64,000 nt of DNA. It comes from an uncultured Gemmatimonadaceae bacterium (GTDB lineage Bacteria; Gemmatimonadota; Gemmatimonadetes; Gemmatimonadales; Gemmatimonadaceae). The notes below the pieces were generated by a model. That model was not told the origin of the DNA and did not search any database. It worked only from the letters and a program-made list of their open reading frames with translations. Each line of letters starts with the position of its first letter. Position 1 is the first letter of the stretch. Both the position numbers and the translations under genes were made by a program. Positions 11,601-21,383 of the stretch are shown in pieces. The stretch is taken from assembly GCA_963829055.1 (NCBI GenBank), contig CAWHHI010000016.1:1024001-1088000 (forward strand), in the 5' to 3' direction.

Positions 11601-12187
11601 AGCGAACGGACCTCGCGGACGCGAAGAACTCGCTGCAGCTCGCCATTCGCGAGATCGACGCGACGGCGCGTGAGCTGTTCCTCGCGACGTTCACGCAGGT
11701 GCGAGAGAACTTCCGGCAGATCTTCATGACGCTGTTCGGCGGCGGCGAGTGCGACCTGCGTCTCGAGAATCCGGACCTGCCACTCGATTGCGACATCGAG
11801 GTGCATGCCTCGCCCCGCGGCAAACGCACGCAGCGCATCAACCTGCTGTCGAGCGGCGAGCGCGCCCTCGTCGCGCTCTCGCTGCTGTTCGGCATCTTCC
11901 TCACGAAGCCGAGTCCGTTCTGTCTGCTGGACGAAGTCGACGCGCCACTCGACGACGCCAACATCGGACGCTTCGTGCGTATGCTCAATCAGTTCAAGGA
12001 CAAGACGCAGTTCATCGTCATCACGCACAACCCGCGCACGACGACCGAAGCAGCGGACGCCGTGTACGGCGTGACAATGCAGGAGCCCGGCGTCTCGTCG
12101 ATCGTGAGCGTGCGCATGCGCGGCTCGGCGGTCGAGGAGTTGGCGGAGCTTCTGGGTGAGCCCGAAGTGGCCGCGGCGCCGGCGTGA
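8660..12187 (+). CDS. smc: Chromosome segregation protein SMC
   Basis: GFKSF, GPNGCGKSN Walker A, long coiled coils, LSSGE signature, LLDEVDAPLD Walker B. Confidence 0.96.
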   Translation: MRLTKLELQGFKSFADNTMLAFEPGVTAIVGPNGCGKSNVSDAVRWVLGEQRARLLRGAKMEEVIFQGSSARRAVNLAEVSLHFDNSEGQLPIAFKEVVITRRLSRSGESDYLLNRAPCRLRDIHDLLRGTGLGGDSGVVIESKGIDALLSDRPDDRRELFEEAAGVGLYRDRRRSTERRLEETTTDLSRIDDLIGEVQSQVRSLGRQRKRAERHAELMSRRFSVELTLAEREMRAWHEELGTLEGRVAELREIVPTAEADVSEHEVARDAAHSARAAAEAQRAELARLAAVQRESAQRLRGEIAVAEERQRNALMRRQRAEEEQREGEALGERVQADRERAVAERANLEDEVREAAQELARRATAEEHARRGVAEVRTAVEAAERLARESRDQLRRLEIDREGAARELAEVEQRATVLESERASLADAAASVAREVETADEAVELAQAAVAQADAALADARAAMAEAKENEAAARHELFRADEALTALQGKVHGLESLERERVGLAPAAARLLRERAQFGEGAVLGPLSDFVNASAASALLVERYLGATVHAVVVRDQHAAEVIRRWHATSNPGALLLLPLDAVREANGAASTGELVADVDAAAPAQGWVRALLGNVHALDDGAAFVDARGAVWLPGATGGPGPLRRRAELFALRSELTASEAARQTASAAADAARSALTTANDRVAAASEEASVVQQQWRRAGEQRAELARRLQRAEREVADAAALAGRLQTRANELTERIATLDASASQLGETIAQRDAAIAESRTRLSEAERAQEEAREQRTAGQIAEAQAQARLQVASDRERRLVEEFTSASARLQSLEHELSTLANADRSLAEQMATWQLDLDDRDATLRETDDRLAAAEQAVVAADTALTEADHALDETRRVAHQTADELHHAELRFTELSGRRTAIRERLETEWRKPLDELLQSFTPVEVDDDTLRSEVEQLRAQLESLGVVNPLAIEEHEEETKRLDFLTSQRTDLADAKNSLQLAIREIDATARELFLATFTQVRENFRQIFMTLFGGGECDLRLENPDLPLDCDIEVHASPRGKRTQRINLLSSGERALVALSLLFGIFLTKPSPFCLLDEVDAPLDDANIGRFVRMLNQFKDKTQFIVITHNPRTTTEAADAVYGVTMQEPGVSSIVSVRMRGSAVEELAELLGEPEVAAAPA

Positions 12188-12672
12188 CATCGCCCAAGCA
12201 GCCGTTCGTACTCGCGATCGTAGCGCTCGCCGCGGCCATGGCCGCGGCGATGCCGTTTCAGCGCACCACCGTTCACACCAGCGTGCCGGCGCGACTTCGC
12301 GTCGCGAGCGACACCGGCCGCCCGGCGGTGACGCTGCTCTATCAGAATTTCCCGAACCCGTTTCCGACGGCCGATTCGCGCGTGACGTGCATCTGGTTCG
12401 ATCTCAATCGAACCACGTCGGTGAGTCTTACCGTGCACGACGTGCGTGGCAACCTCGTCCGACGCCTGCTGCCTAACGCATCGACGCCACAGTTCCTGGA
12501 GCCGGGGCGCTACGGGCGCGCGACGCCGACCGCCGAGGAAGGTTGCGATCCGATACTGACGTGGGATGGGCACGCAAACGATGGCTCCCTGGTTCCGCGA
12601 GGCGTCTACCTGATCCGGCTGCAAGCGGGTGGTGTGCAGTGGATCAAGAAGGCGGTCTTTCAAGGCCCGTGA
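12184..12672 (+). CDS. Secreted protein with FlgD Ig-like / secretion C-terminal-sorting-like domain
   Basis: Signal peptide; LYQNFPNPF...[10 protein letters not shown]...WDG...GVYLIRL. Confidence 0.7.
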   Translation: MTSPKQPFVLAIVALAAAMAAAMPFQRTTVHTSVPARLRVASDTGRPAVTLLYQNFPNPFPTADSRVTCIWFDLNRTTSVSLTVHDVRGNLVRRLLPNASTPQFLEPGRYGRATPTAEEGCDPILTWDGHANDGSLVPRGVYLIRLQAGGVQWIKKAVFQGP

Positions 12673-12682
12673 CGGGACCGCG

Positions 12683-13451
12683 ATGCGACTGACGACGATC
12701 GGAACAGGCACCGCCGCCCCTTTGCGCGGCCGCGTGCAAAGTGGGCACCTCGTCGAGGCCGGAGCGGTCCGCCTGCTCATGGACTGCGGAAGCGGCGTCG
12801 CAACGCGAATGGCGGATCTGAACGTGAGGTGGCAGGACATCACGCACCTCGCGATCACCCACTTCCACGCGGATCACGTGGTGGACCTGCCGACGATCCT
12901 CTATGCGTGGCGGTATGGCCAACTGCCCCCCCGCTCGGCGCCACTCGACATCATCGGACCGGCCGGGACACTGCGCCTGCTTTCACAGTTCGCCGGCGTC
13001 TTTGGGGACGGACTCCTCAGCCTCGGCTTCGCGATGTCCGTCCGTGAGCTCGCGCCCGGGGACGGCGTCGACCTCGAACCGCGGCGTGCATCTCCGCTGC
13101 CTCAAGGTTCCACACACAGCGGAGAGCGTGGCATATTCCGTAGAGCACCGGGGGCGTCGAATCGTGTACACGGGCGACACTGGCCCAGACACGGAACTCG
13201 GCGTCTGGGCTTCGGGGTGCGATGTGCTGTTGGCCGAGTGCTCGCTGCCAGACTCGATGGCGATCGCCACGCACCTCACACCCGCGCAGTGCGGCGCGTT
13301 AGGTGCCGCGGCGAAGCCTGGCGTACTCGCCCTCACGCACTTCTATCCACCCGTCGAGCACGTCGACATCCGGGGCGAAGTGGGCGCGCAGTTCGGCGGA
13401 ACGGTGGCTCTGGCCACGGACGGATGGACTCTCGATCTCGAGGAACGGTGA
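12683..13451 (+). CDS. MBL-fold hydrolase, RNase Z-like (apparent frameshift near 13080)
   Basis: LTTIGTG, MDCGSG, THFHADH, YTGDT, ALTHFYP across two frames. Confidence 0.8.
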
Positions 13452-14503
13452 TGCTGGTCGTCATGCAAACGGACGCGACACCGGTCGATGTCGACCGCGT
13501 ATGCGGCGTAATCACGGAGATGGGATATCAGGCGGTGCCAATGCCCGGCGGGCAGCGGACCGCGATCGGAGTCGTGGGCAACGATGGGCGCGTCGATGAT
13601 TCGCGCATCTCCGGATTGCCCGGCGTGGCGCAGGTCATCCACGTCTCCAAGCCGTACAAGCAGGTGTCGCGTGAGTGGCGACCCGAGAACACCGTGGTGC
13701 AGCTCGCGCCCGGCGTCCTCGTTGGTGGCACCGACGTGGTCGTCATCGCGGGCCCGTGCTCGGTGGAGTCGGAGCAGCAGATCGTCACGGCCGCTCGTGC
13801 CGTACGGGCTGCGGGAGCGACGGCGCTTCGCGGTGGCGCATTCAAGCCGCGCAGCTCCCCGTACGCGTTCCAGGGACTCGGTAAGCAGGGCCTCGAGCTG
13901 CTCGCGCTCGCGCGGCGTGAGACGGGTCTGCCCATCGTCACGGAAGCAATGGACGAAGCGGGCGCTCACCTCGTGGCCGAGTACGCCGACTGCATTCAGA
14001 TCGGCGCTCGCAACATGCAGAACTACTCGCTGCTCAAGGTCGTCGGTCGCCTGAATCGTCCGGTGCTGCTCAAGCGCGGCATGGCGGCGACGATCAACGA
14101 CCTCCTGTTGAGCGCCGAATACATCCTCGCCGAGGGGAACTCGCAGGTCATCCTGTGCGAGCGCGGCGTGCGGAGCTTCGACAGCGCAGCAAGGAACATG
14201 TTCGACCTGAACGCAATCCCGATCGTGCATCGGCTGTCGCATCTCCCGATCATCGCCGATCCGAGTCACGGCACTGGGCTTCGTGACAAGGTGACTCCCA
14301 TGGCGCGTGCCGCGGTGGCTGCAGGCGCTGACGGCGTGATCGTGGAGGTGCACCCGAACCCGGACCGCGCGCTGAGCGACGGCGCCCAGTCGCTGTTCCC
14401 GGATCAGTTCGTCAAGCTGGTCGCTGAGCTGCGCCTCATTGCGCGCGCCATCGACCGTGCAATCGCCCTATCGCCCGGAACGGTCGCGATCGAGGTGGGT
14501 TGA
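13451..14503 (+). CDS. aroF: 3-deoxy-7-phosphoheptulonate (DAHP) synthase, type I-beta with N-terminal ACT-like domain
   Basis: [47 protein letters not shown]. Confidence 0.95.
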   Translation: MLVVMQTDATPVDVDRVCGVITEMGYQAVPMPGGQRTAIGVVGNDGRVDDSRISGLPGVAQVIHVSKPYKQVSREWRPENTVVQLAPGVLVGGTDVVVIAGPCSVESEQQIVTAARAVRAAGATALRGGAFKPRSSPYAFQGLGKQGLELLALARRETGLPIVTEAMDEAGAHLVAEYADCIQIGARNMQNYSLLKVVGRLNRPVLLKRGMAATINDLLLSAEYILAEGNSQVILCERGVRSFDSAARNMFDLNAIPIVHRLSHLPIIADPSHGTGLRDKVTPMARAAVAAGADGVIVEVHPNPDRALSDGAQSLFPDQFVKLVAELRLIARAIDRAIALSPGTVAIEVG

Positions 14504-14558
14504 ATAGACAGGGGACCGGGAACGGAGATCCGGGAACAGGAACTACAGCCGATTACTG

Positions 14559-14599
14559 GCTGGTCGTCGTGCCTGTGGCTGGGTGACGCTGGAGTGCTG
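14559..14599 (+). repeat. Dispersed ~41-bp intergenic repeat, copy A (core GCTGGGTGACGCTG)
   Basis: Aligns with 32585-32625 and 34383-34423. Confidence 0.75.
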
Positions 14600-14694
14600 C
14601 TTCACTGGCGCTCGAGGCGCGGCCGCTGGATGATGGCTGCGCTTTGATGGCTTCGTTCCTGCCTGTACCTGACTCGACCATGGAAAGGAGAGCA

Positions 14695-15375
14695 ATGTCA
14701 TTGAATCACATATATGCTGTCGCGCTCGGGGCCGGGCTCGTGCTGGGCGTGCCGAAACAGCAGGGCGCCGTCGATCCGATCATCGACAAGGCGGTCGCGA
14801 CGTACAACAGCACCAAGACGTCCAAGGGAACGTTCGAGCAGGTGATCACGAACCCGCTCACCGGGTCCAAGGCGAACGCCAGCGGCGAGTTCGAACAGCA
14901 GCGGCAGCCCGCGAAGTTCTCTTTCCGGTTCGTGCAGCCGAAGGGCGACATGCTCGTCGGCGACGGCAAGTGGCTGTGGGTATACCTGCCGAGCTCGACG
15001 CCAGGACAGGTCATCAAGGTGCCGATGACCGAGGGCGGCGCCGGAAGTCTCGACCTCGCGTCACGTTTCTTCGACTCGCCGAAGACGCGCTTCAACATCA
15101 CCGACGCCGGCGCGGCGACGATCGCCGGACACGCCACACGCGCGGTCGTGCTCCAGCCCAAGTCGAACGCGGAGCCGTTCACTCGAGCCAAGGTCTGGAT
15201 CGACGTGGCCGACGGCACGCTCCGTCAGTTCGAGACGGTCGAGAATTCAGGCATCACGCGGCTGGTGACGATCACGACCGTCACGCCTAACGCGACAGTC
15301 GACCAGAAGTCGTTCACGTTCAAGCCGCCCAAGGGCGCACGCGTCGTGGATCAGACGGTGCTCGGCGGCCGCTGA
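14695..15375 (+). CDS. lolA: Outer-membrane lipoprotein carrier LolA
   Basis: GTFEQ, 'P.KF.FRF..P.GD.LVGDGKWLWVY', C-terminal FTFKPPKGARVVD; AGGAG SD. Confidence 0.85.
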   Translation: MSLNHIYAVALGAGLVLGVPKQQGAVDPIIDKAVATYNSTKTSKGTFEQVITNPLTGSKANASGEFEQQRQPAKFSFRFVQPKGDMLVGDGKWLWVYLPSSTPGQVIKVPMTEGGAGSLDLASRFFDSPKTRFNITDAGAATIAGHATRAVVLQPKSNAEPFTRAKVWIDVADGTLRQFETVENSGITRLVTITTVTPNATVDQKSFTFKPPKGARVVDQTVLGGR

Positions 15376-16244
15376 GCCTCATCGAGCGCCTCGGAAATTT
15401 CCGCGAGGCGCTCAGCCGGTGTACCGCGTTCATGCGCGAGCGTGAGCGCGGCGCGCGATAGCGTGACGTACGCGGCGAGCGCCGGCGCATCGTCCGCGAG
15501 CACCGAGAGATGGCCGCGCACGGACGTCACGTCGCCGCGCGCGATGGGGCCCGTGAGGACGTCGTGCGGACGTCCCTTCTCGAGGTTCGACACGGCGGCG
15601 CCCATGAGCCCAACGGTGGCAGCACGCGCCTGCCCTTCCGCCACGCCGGCTTCTTCGAGCAGCCGCTCGGCAAGCGCCGCCACGACGACCGGAAAGTTCG
15701 CCGCGAACACTGCCGCCGCGTGGTAGCGCGGTTTTTCGCCGGGCGGGATCGTCAGCGCGTGAGCGCCAAGTCGCTCGGCCAGTCTGGTTGCGGCAGCGAT
15801 GGCGAACGGATCGCCGTCCACACCGATCCACGCGTCGCGCAGCAGTTCGACCGCGCGCAGCGGGTCCGCGAGCGGAACGAGCGGGTGCATCGTGCCCACG
15901 CCGTGGCCTCGCACGCGCAGCAGCTCCGCTTCCGCTGGATCCATGGCGCCGCTCGCGTGCAGGATTACCGCCCCTGGCGCCAGGCGCGCCGCCGCGAGCT
16001 GGCGAAGCGCGTCCCCGAGCTGAGCGTCACGCACGGTAACCAGCACGACGGTGGCCGTGCCTAACGCGGACGGCAACTCACCCGCGCTGACGACGGGAAT
16101 GGTCGTGGCGTCGGCGTGCCGTCCGTGCAGACCGACGACGTTCACGCCAGACAAAACGAGGGCGCGGGAGAGCGACCGTCCCGCTCGACCCGCGCCCAAC
16201 ACGAACACTGTGTCATCGCCGCTGTCGGCGGCGCGAGAACTCAC
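15351..16244 (-). CDS. Rossmann-like/DUF2520 oxidoreductase
   Basis: VLGAGRAG, LHASGA, MHPL, YHAAAVFAANF, LTGPIARGD. Confidence 0.85.
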   Translation of the reverse strand: MSSRAADSGDDTVFVLGAGRAGRSLSRALVLSGVNVVGLHGRHADATTIPVVSAGELPSALGTATVVLVTVRDAQLGDALRQLAAARLAPGAVILHASGAMDPAEAELLRVRGHGVGTMHPLVPLADPLRAVELLRDAWIGVDGDPFAIAAATRLAERLGAHALTIPPGEKPRYHAAAVFAANFPVVVAALAERLLEEAGVAEGQARAATVGLMGAAVSNLEKGRPHDVLTGPIARGDVTSVRGHLSVLADDAPALAAYVTLSRAALTLAHERGTPAERLAEISEALDEAQRPPSTV

Positions 16245-17842
16245 TCGCCGCGGCGCCCTTGTTGTGCAGCAACGCGCGCGAGCAGGTCCTTCTGGGTCTT
16301 CACACCGCGCGTCAACTCGACCGCGCGCTGCACGACCGGATCCTCCTGCACGGCACGGCGCCGTTCAGCCGCGACTCCCAGGACGTAGCGCGCGACGTCG
16401 TACCCGATGAAGCGCGACACGAGCGGCGCCGCCGCATCGTAGACGGAGCGATCCATCTCGATGCCGCGCTGCCGCATCCGCTGCCATACGCCATCGCGCA
16501 TCGCGTCCGTCACGACGAAGTCGGGAGACGTTACCGTGTTCGTGCCTTTGAGGCTCATCGCGTACTCGGTGATCGCGTCGCGGAACTGCGGGACCTTGCG
16601 GCCTAACGCGTTCTGAAGCGCCAGCTCGCTCGGTACGACGGTCGTGTCACCGGCGACGATGTCGGGCGTGATTCCACCACCGCCATAGACAATGCGTCCG
16701 CCGTCCGTCTTGAACTTCTCGCGTTCGGCCAACGGAGTGGTTTCGGGCCTGGCGTCGGAGTCATCGCTGTCCGCATCACCCTCGACCTTGTGCGGCTTGG
16801 AGATCGACCGGCCCGACGGTGTGAACCACTTCGCGGTCGTCAACTTGAGCGCGCTGCCGCCGGGTATCGGATACACCGTCTGTGCACTGCCCTTCCCGTA
16901 CGACGTGCGGCCAATGACGACTGCCCGATCGTGATCCTGCAGTGCGCCGGCGACGATCTCGGATGCCGACGCCGAGTACTCATCGACGAGCACGACGATC
17001 GGCAGGTTGGGCCACTGCTGCGAGTATCCGTCCACGAACTCGTGGTTCGCTTCCCGCACTCGGCCCCGCATGTTCACGATCTCCTGTCCCCGGTCGAGGA
17101 ACAGGTCGGATACGCCGACGCCCTGCGTCAGCAAGCCACCCGGATTCGCGCGAAGGTCGAGCACGAGCGATCGCATCCCCGCCTTCGACAGCGAGTCGAT
17201 GGCGTGCGACAACTCCTTTTCGGTCGAGTCGCTGAAGACGTCGAGGTCGACGAAGCCGACGCCGTCGGACAGCAGCAGCGAACGGCCAACCGCGCTGCGG
17301 TGGATCTCCTGCCTAACGAGCGACACCGGGCGGCGCGCACCGGCACGGTCCATCACGACCTGAACCGCCGTGCCCGGAACGCCACGTAGCGCCTTGCTTG
17401 CTTCGGCGATCGTCCAGCCCTTGGCCGATTTTCCTTCGACCTCGACGATGCGATCCCCGGTCTCGACGCCGGCGCGCTCGGCAGGAGACCCGGCGAGCGG
17501 CGATACGACGATCACCCAGCCGTCGCGGACGTCAATCTGAATGCCGACGCCGCCGTAGTTACCGGTCGTGCTCTCGTTGAGCCGAGCGAGCCGGTCGGCG
17601 CGCAGGAAGACGGAGTGCGGATCGTGGAGCCCGTCGAGCATGCCGTCGATGGCCTTTCCGTACAGATCCGACGTGCTCACCGAGTCCACGTAGTAGCGCT
17701 CGATGTGCGTCATGACCTCGTCGAAGAGGCGCGGTCCGGAAACGCTGGAGCCGCCACCGCTGAGGCCGCGTTCGAAGAACCACCCGCCCGTGACGAGCGC
17801 GGTGCTGAGAACCCCTAAGACGACGAACGCGCGAGAGCGCAT
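16241..17842 (-). CDS. ctpA: S41 carboxy-terminal processing protease
   Basis: PDZ GVGIQI, LDLRANPGGLL, SASASEIVAGALQDHDR, YGKGSAQ. Confidence 0.92.
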   Translation of the reverse strand: MRSRAFVVLGVLSTALVTGGWFFERGLSGGGSSVSGPRLFDEVMTHIERYYVDSVSTSDLYGKAIDGMLDGLHDPHSVFLRADRLARLNESTTGNYGGVGIQIDVRDGWVIVVSPLAGSPAERAGVETGDRIVEVEGKSAKGWTIAEASKALRGVPGTAVQVVMDRAGARRPVSLVRQEIHRSAVGRSLLLSDGVGFVDLDVFSDSTEKELSHAIDSLSKAGMRSLVLDLRANPGGLLTQGVGVSDLFLDRGQEIVNMRGRVREANHEFVDGYSQQWPNLPIVVLVDEYSASASEIVAGALQDHDRAVVIGRTSYGKGSAQTVYPIPGGSALKLTTAKWFTPSGRSISKPHKVEGDADSDDSDARPETTPLAEREKFKTDGGRIVYGGGGITPDIVAGDTTVVPSELALQNALGRKVPQFRDAITEYAMSLKGTNTVTSPDFVVTDAMRDGVWQRMRQRGIEMDRSVYDAAAPLVSRFIGYDVARYVLGVAAERRRAVQEDPVVQRAVELTRGVKTQKDLLARVAAQQGRRGE

Positions 17843-17872
17843 GGTACCCCCCGAGATTGAACTACGGCCGAA

Positions 17873-18553
17873 TCAGGGATGAGACCCGACTGCCGGCCGG
17901 AATGTTTCAGGCCACCGTTGCTCGAGTACGGTGATCACGGCCGACGCGACATCGTCGATGGAACCCGCTCCATCGATCGCGATGACCGGACCCGACTCTG
18001 GGTGACTGCGTTGCCATGCACGATCAGTGAACCGCTCGAAGGCTGCGGCGACCCTGTGGTGAAAGTCATCGTCGGCGGCTTCGATCCGATCCCTCGATCC
18101 GCGACTGTCGGTCCTCGCCAGTGCCGAGGCGACGGGTAGCTGCAGAAGTATCGTAAGATCGGGCACGAGCCCGCCAGTCGCAAACCGGTTCGCGGCCGTG
18201 ACCTCGGTATCCGGGAGGCCCCGACCCTCGATCTGGTATGCATAGGTCGACAGGAAGAATCGGTCCGCGACGACCACGAGGCCCTGGTCGAGCGCTGGCC
18301 GAACGTCCTTTTCGATCAATTCCGCACGCGACGCCATGAACAGGAGCGCTTCAGTCCGAGGCGACAACTCGGGGCCAGGCTCGAGGAGAATGTGTCGAAT
18401 CTGGTTCCCGACGGCCGTTCCCCCAGGCTCGCGAACGCCGAGAAATCGGATCCCGCGCGCGGTGAGCGTCTCGCCGAGCCGCCGGATCTGGGTCGTTTTG
18501 CCGACCCCTTCCGCGCCCTCGAATACGATCAGCTTACCGCGCGGCGGCGTCAT
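17873..18553 (-). CDS. tmk: Thymidylate kinase
   Basis: FEGAEGVGKTTQ, REPGGT, DRFFLSTYAYQ. Confidence 0.95.
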   Translation of the reverse strand: MTPPRGKLIVFEGAEGVGKTTQIRRLGETLTARGIRFLGVREPGGTAVGNQIRHILLEPGPELSPRTEALLFMASRAELIEKDVRPALDQGLVVVADRFFLSTYAYQIEGRGLPDTEVTAANRFATGGLVPDLTILLQLPVASALARTDSRGSRDRIEAADDDFHHRVAAAFERFTDRAWQRSHPESGPVIAIDGAGSIDDVASAVITVLEQRWPETFRPAVGSHP

Positions 18554-18903
18554 CCGAGCGTGATGATCGAGCTCGTCGCGCCCTTTCGAATGCCCTCGGT
18601 GATCCAGTTGTTCACCTGGAGCATCGTCTTGTCGAAGTTTTCCTGCGCGGAAATCGCGCGCTGGTAGTTCGGATTCACCTGCACCTTACCGAGCAGATCG
18701 TCGAGCTGCTGCTCCATGTCGGCGGTGGGGTTCTCGCCGCGTTCGATCATGCGCTGCGCCTCGTCGCGAAGCTGATCCATCTTCCGGAGCAGGGCGACGG
18801 CGTCGCGATCGTTGTTGAGAGCGTCATTCGCGCGTTTGACCGCCTGGTACTCGGAGCTCTGTCCAATGAGCCGACCAAGCTCACGCGCTTTTTCGTCGAG
18901 CAT
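18550..18903 (-). CDS. YlbF/YmcA (Com_YlbF)-like regulator
   Basis: MLDEKARELGRLIGQSSEYQAVK..., all-helical ~117 aa; ATG at 18903. Confidence 0.75.
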   Translation of the reverse strand: MLDEKARELGRLIGQSSEYQAVKRANDALNNDRDAVALLRKMDQLRDEAQRMIERGENPTADMEQQLDDLLGKVQVNPNYQRAISAQENFDKTMLQVNNWITEGIRKGATSSIITLG

Positions 18904-18987
18904 GAGAAGTGGGTTGAGGTACGAAACGAATTGTAATTGACGGAACGAACAAAGTTGCTCAGTTGAAACGGCGCCAACAGCGAAAGG

Positions 18988-19146
18988 GCGCGAAATCCCA
19001 AGAGGCGCGAAATGCCGAACAGCGCCAGATGCCGAACAGCGCCGAGATGCCGAACAGCGCGGAATGCCAGACGGCGCGAAATCCCGAAATGCGCGAAATC
19101 CCAAAGTGCGCGAAATCCCAAAGTGCGCGAAGTCCCGAACGGCGCG
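18988..19146 (+). repeat. Degenerate 17-bp tandem array (about 9 units, consensus GCGCGAAATSCCRAANN)
   Basis: Units such as GCGCGAAATCCCAAGAG, GCGCGAAATGCCGAACA, GCGCGAAATCCCAAAGT x2. Confidence 0.85.
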
Positions 19147-19148
19147 CC

Positions 19149-19197
19149 AACGGCGGACGACGAACGGCGGACGACGAACGGCGGACGACAAACGGCG
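19149..19197 (+). repeat. 14-bp tandem repeat AACGGCGGACGACG x3
   Basis: Read directly from sequence; last unit has one mismatch. Confidence 0.85.
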
Positions 19198-19246
19198 AGT
19201 AGCGAGCGGAGCCGAAAGCAGGAGGCGCCAGCCGCGACGGTCGCGG

Positions 19247-20123
19247 TCAGCGCCGCCGAGCGAGAACGAAGCGCTCGCGCCCCGTGAGATCCAGATGAAC
19301 GGCGACGTCGGCGTACGCGCCGTCCGTCGCGACGGCTTCGGCGACGAGCGAGGCACGCCGCGTGTCGACCTCGAAGGCAAGGAGGCCTCCCGACTCGAGG
19401 ACCGAGCGCGCTTCATGAATGATCTGACGAGTCGCGGCCAGGCCTTGATCGGCGCTCAGGAGCGCGAGAGGTGGTTCCCAGTCGCGCACCGATGCCGGGA
19501 GCTCCTCCAGCTCGGCAAACGCGATGTACGGCGGGTTGGACACCACCACGCGCGCCCGTACATCGCGGACCGGAGCCAGGAGCGAGCCGTGAAAGAACTC
19601 CACGGGCACGCCGAGGTCATCGCGAAGGAACGCCGCGTTGCTCTCGGCCACCGCGAGCGCGTCGCGCGAGACGTCGGTGGCAATCGACGCGGTCGAACGT
19701 GCCTTCTGTCGCGAGCGCGAGCGCGATGGCCCCAGACCCTGTGCCGACGTCGATGACCGTGCCGCGTCCACCGCGCTCTGCCCCGAGTACGAGGTCCACG
19801 AGAATCTCGGTCTCCTGCCGCGGAATGAGCACGCGTTCGTCGACCGCAAGCGTTAGGTAGCGGAACGCCGCTCGACCAACGGCGTAGGCGAACGGCGCGC
19901 CGCGGCTGCGGGCCGCCGCGGCCCTGCGGGCCTCGTCAACAGCCGTCGCGTCGACCAAGGCGTCGCGATTCGCGGTCGGCCAGAAACGCGGGAGGTCGAG
20001 CACCGCGGCAACGATGTCACGGGCCTCATCACGCGGCGTAGGGACGCCGGCCGATTCGAGCTCCGCGGACAACTCGTTGACCAGCGCGCCTAACGATGCC
20101 GGGGCGGCGGCGTCAGCCCTCAC
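19247..20123 (-). CDS. prmC: Release factor glutamine methyltransferase (apparent frameshift near 19690)
   Basis: [27 protein letters not shown]; directly downstream of prfA. Confidence 0.9.
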
Positions 20124-21180
20124 CGAAATTCTCCTCATCGACGGCCTCCTGCAACGCCTCCACGATGCGTCCAATGTCGCCGTCGAGAATACGCTGCAGA
20201 TCGTGCACCGTGAGGTTGATCCGGTGGTCCGTGACGCGCCCCTGCGGGTAGTTGTACGTGCGGATCTTCCCCGAGCGATCGCCGGTGCCGACCTGCGTCT
20301 TTCGCATACGGGACCGCGCCGCTTCCTGCTCGGCGAGTCTCGCATCGAGAAGACGAGCGCGCAGCACTTCCATCGCCTTCGCCTTGTTCTGGATCTGCGA
20401 GCGCTGGTCCTGCTGCGAGACGACGATGCCGCTCGGGATGTGCGTGATGCGCACCGCTGAGTCGGTCGTGTTCACGCCCTGCCCGCCAGGGCCAGATGCG
20501 CGGAACACATCGATGCGCAGATCCTTGTCGTCGATACTGACGTCGACTTCCTCGGCTTCCGGAAGCACGGCGACGGTCGCCGCCGACGTGTGGATGCGTC
20601 CCTGCGCTTCGGTGGCGGGAACACGTTGCACGCGGTGCGTGCCCGATTCCCAGCGGAGCGCGCCGAACGCGCCGTCACCAGTGACCTTGAACACCGCTTC
20701 CTTGAGCCCGCCTAACGTGCCCTCGGAGTACTGCATCGGCGTCCACTTCCAGCCGCGCCGTTCGAGGAAGCGCGTGTACATGCGAAACAGGTCGGCGGCG
20801 AACAGGGCGGCCTCGTCGCCGCCCGTCCCCGGACGAATTTCGACGATCGCGGGCCGATCGTTGAGCGGGTCCGGGGGGATGAGGAGCGGCTTGAGCTGGC
20901 GCTCTACCTCGGCGATCGCCAGCTCGGCCCGCTCGACTTCGGCGCGCGCCTCAGCGGCCATCTCAGCGTCGTCAACGACAACGAGCTCGCGCGCCTGCGC
21001 GAGCTCGTCATCGAGTTTTTCCAAGCGCTTAGCCAGCGCGACGACGTCCGTGAGTCGTTGGTGCTCACGGCCGAGTGATGCGAGCAGCCGTGCATCACGG
21101 ACCGTTTTTGGATCGAGCAGCTCACGTTCGACGTCCGCCGCGCGCACGAGCGCGTCGGCGAGCCGATCGCGGATGCTCAG
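20113..21180 (-). CDS. prfA: Peptide chain release factor 1 (start uncertain: CTG 21180 or GTG 21147)
   Basis: [20 protein letters not shown] (PxT), [29 protein letters not shown]. Confidence 0.95.
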   Translation of the reverse strand: MSIRDRLADALVRAADVERELLDPKTVRDARLLASLGREHQRLTDVVALAKRLEKLDDELAQARELVVVDDAEMAAEARAEVERAELAIAEVERQLKPLLIPPDPLNDRPAIVEIRPGTGGDEAALFAADLFRMYTRFLERRGWKWTPMQYSEGTLGGLKEAVFKVTGDGAFGALRWESGTHRVQRVPATEAQGRIHTSAATVAVLPEAEEVDVSIDDKDLRIDVFRASGPGGQGVNTTDSAVRITHIPSGIVVSQQDQRSQIQNKAKAMEVLRARLLDARLAEQEAARSRMRKTQVGTGDRSGKIRTYNYPQGRVTDHRINLTVHDLQRILDGDIGRIVEALQEAVDEENFGEG

Positions 21181-21383
21181 GAGGTCGTCTTCCCGTACTT
21201 CTGGCGGAAGCGCTCAACGCGCCCAGCGGTATCGATCAACTTCTGCTTGCCGGTGAAGAACGGGTGGCAGACGTTGCAGATGTCCGTATGGATCTCCGCG
21301 ATGGTGGAGCGCGTCTGGAACGTGTTGCCGCAGGCGCACTTCACGGTGGCGGTCGCGTACTCGGGATGGATATCGGTTTTCAT
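21177..21383 (-). CDS. rpmE: 50S ribosomal protein L31 (Zn-binding type)
   Basis: MKTDIHPEY...CACG...[10 protein letters not shown]...GRVERF. Confidence 0.97.
   Translation of the reverse strand: MKTDIHPEYATATVKCACGNTFQTRSTIAEIHTDICNVCHPFFTGKQKLIDTAGRVERFRQKYGKTTS

Noticed and set aside
12629..14503. MBL hydrolase-DAHP synthase fusion (624 aa ORF)
   Set aside because: Produced by a frameshift near 13080; the MBL C-terminus is in another frame and ends at 13451 where aroF starts
18988..19197. Repeat array as CRISPR
   Set aside because: Units are 14-17 bp, head-to-tail with no unique spacers, and no cas genes are in the window
18904..19416. N-terminal extension of ORF 18550..19416 and the overlapping + strand ORFs
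   Set aside because: Translations are just the tandem repeats; protein-like sequence starts at ATG 18903
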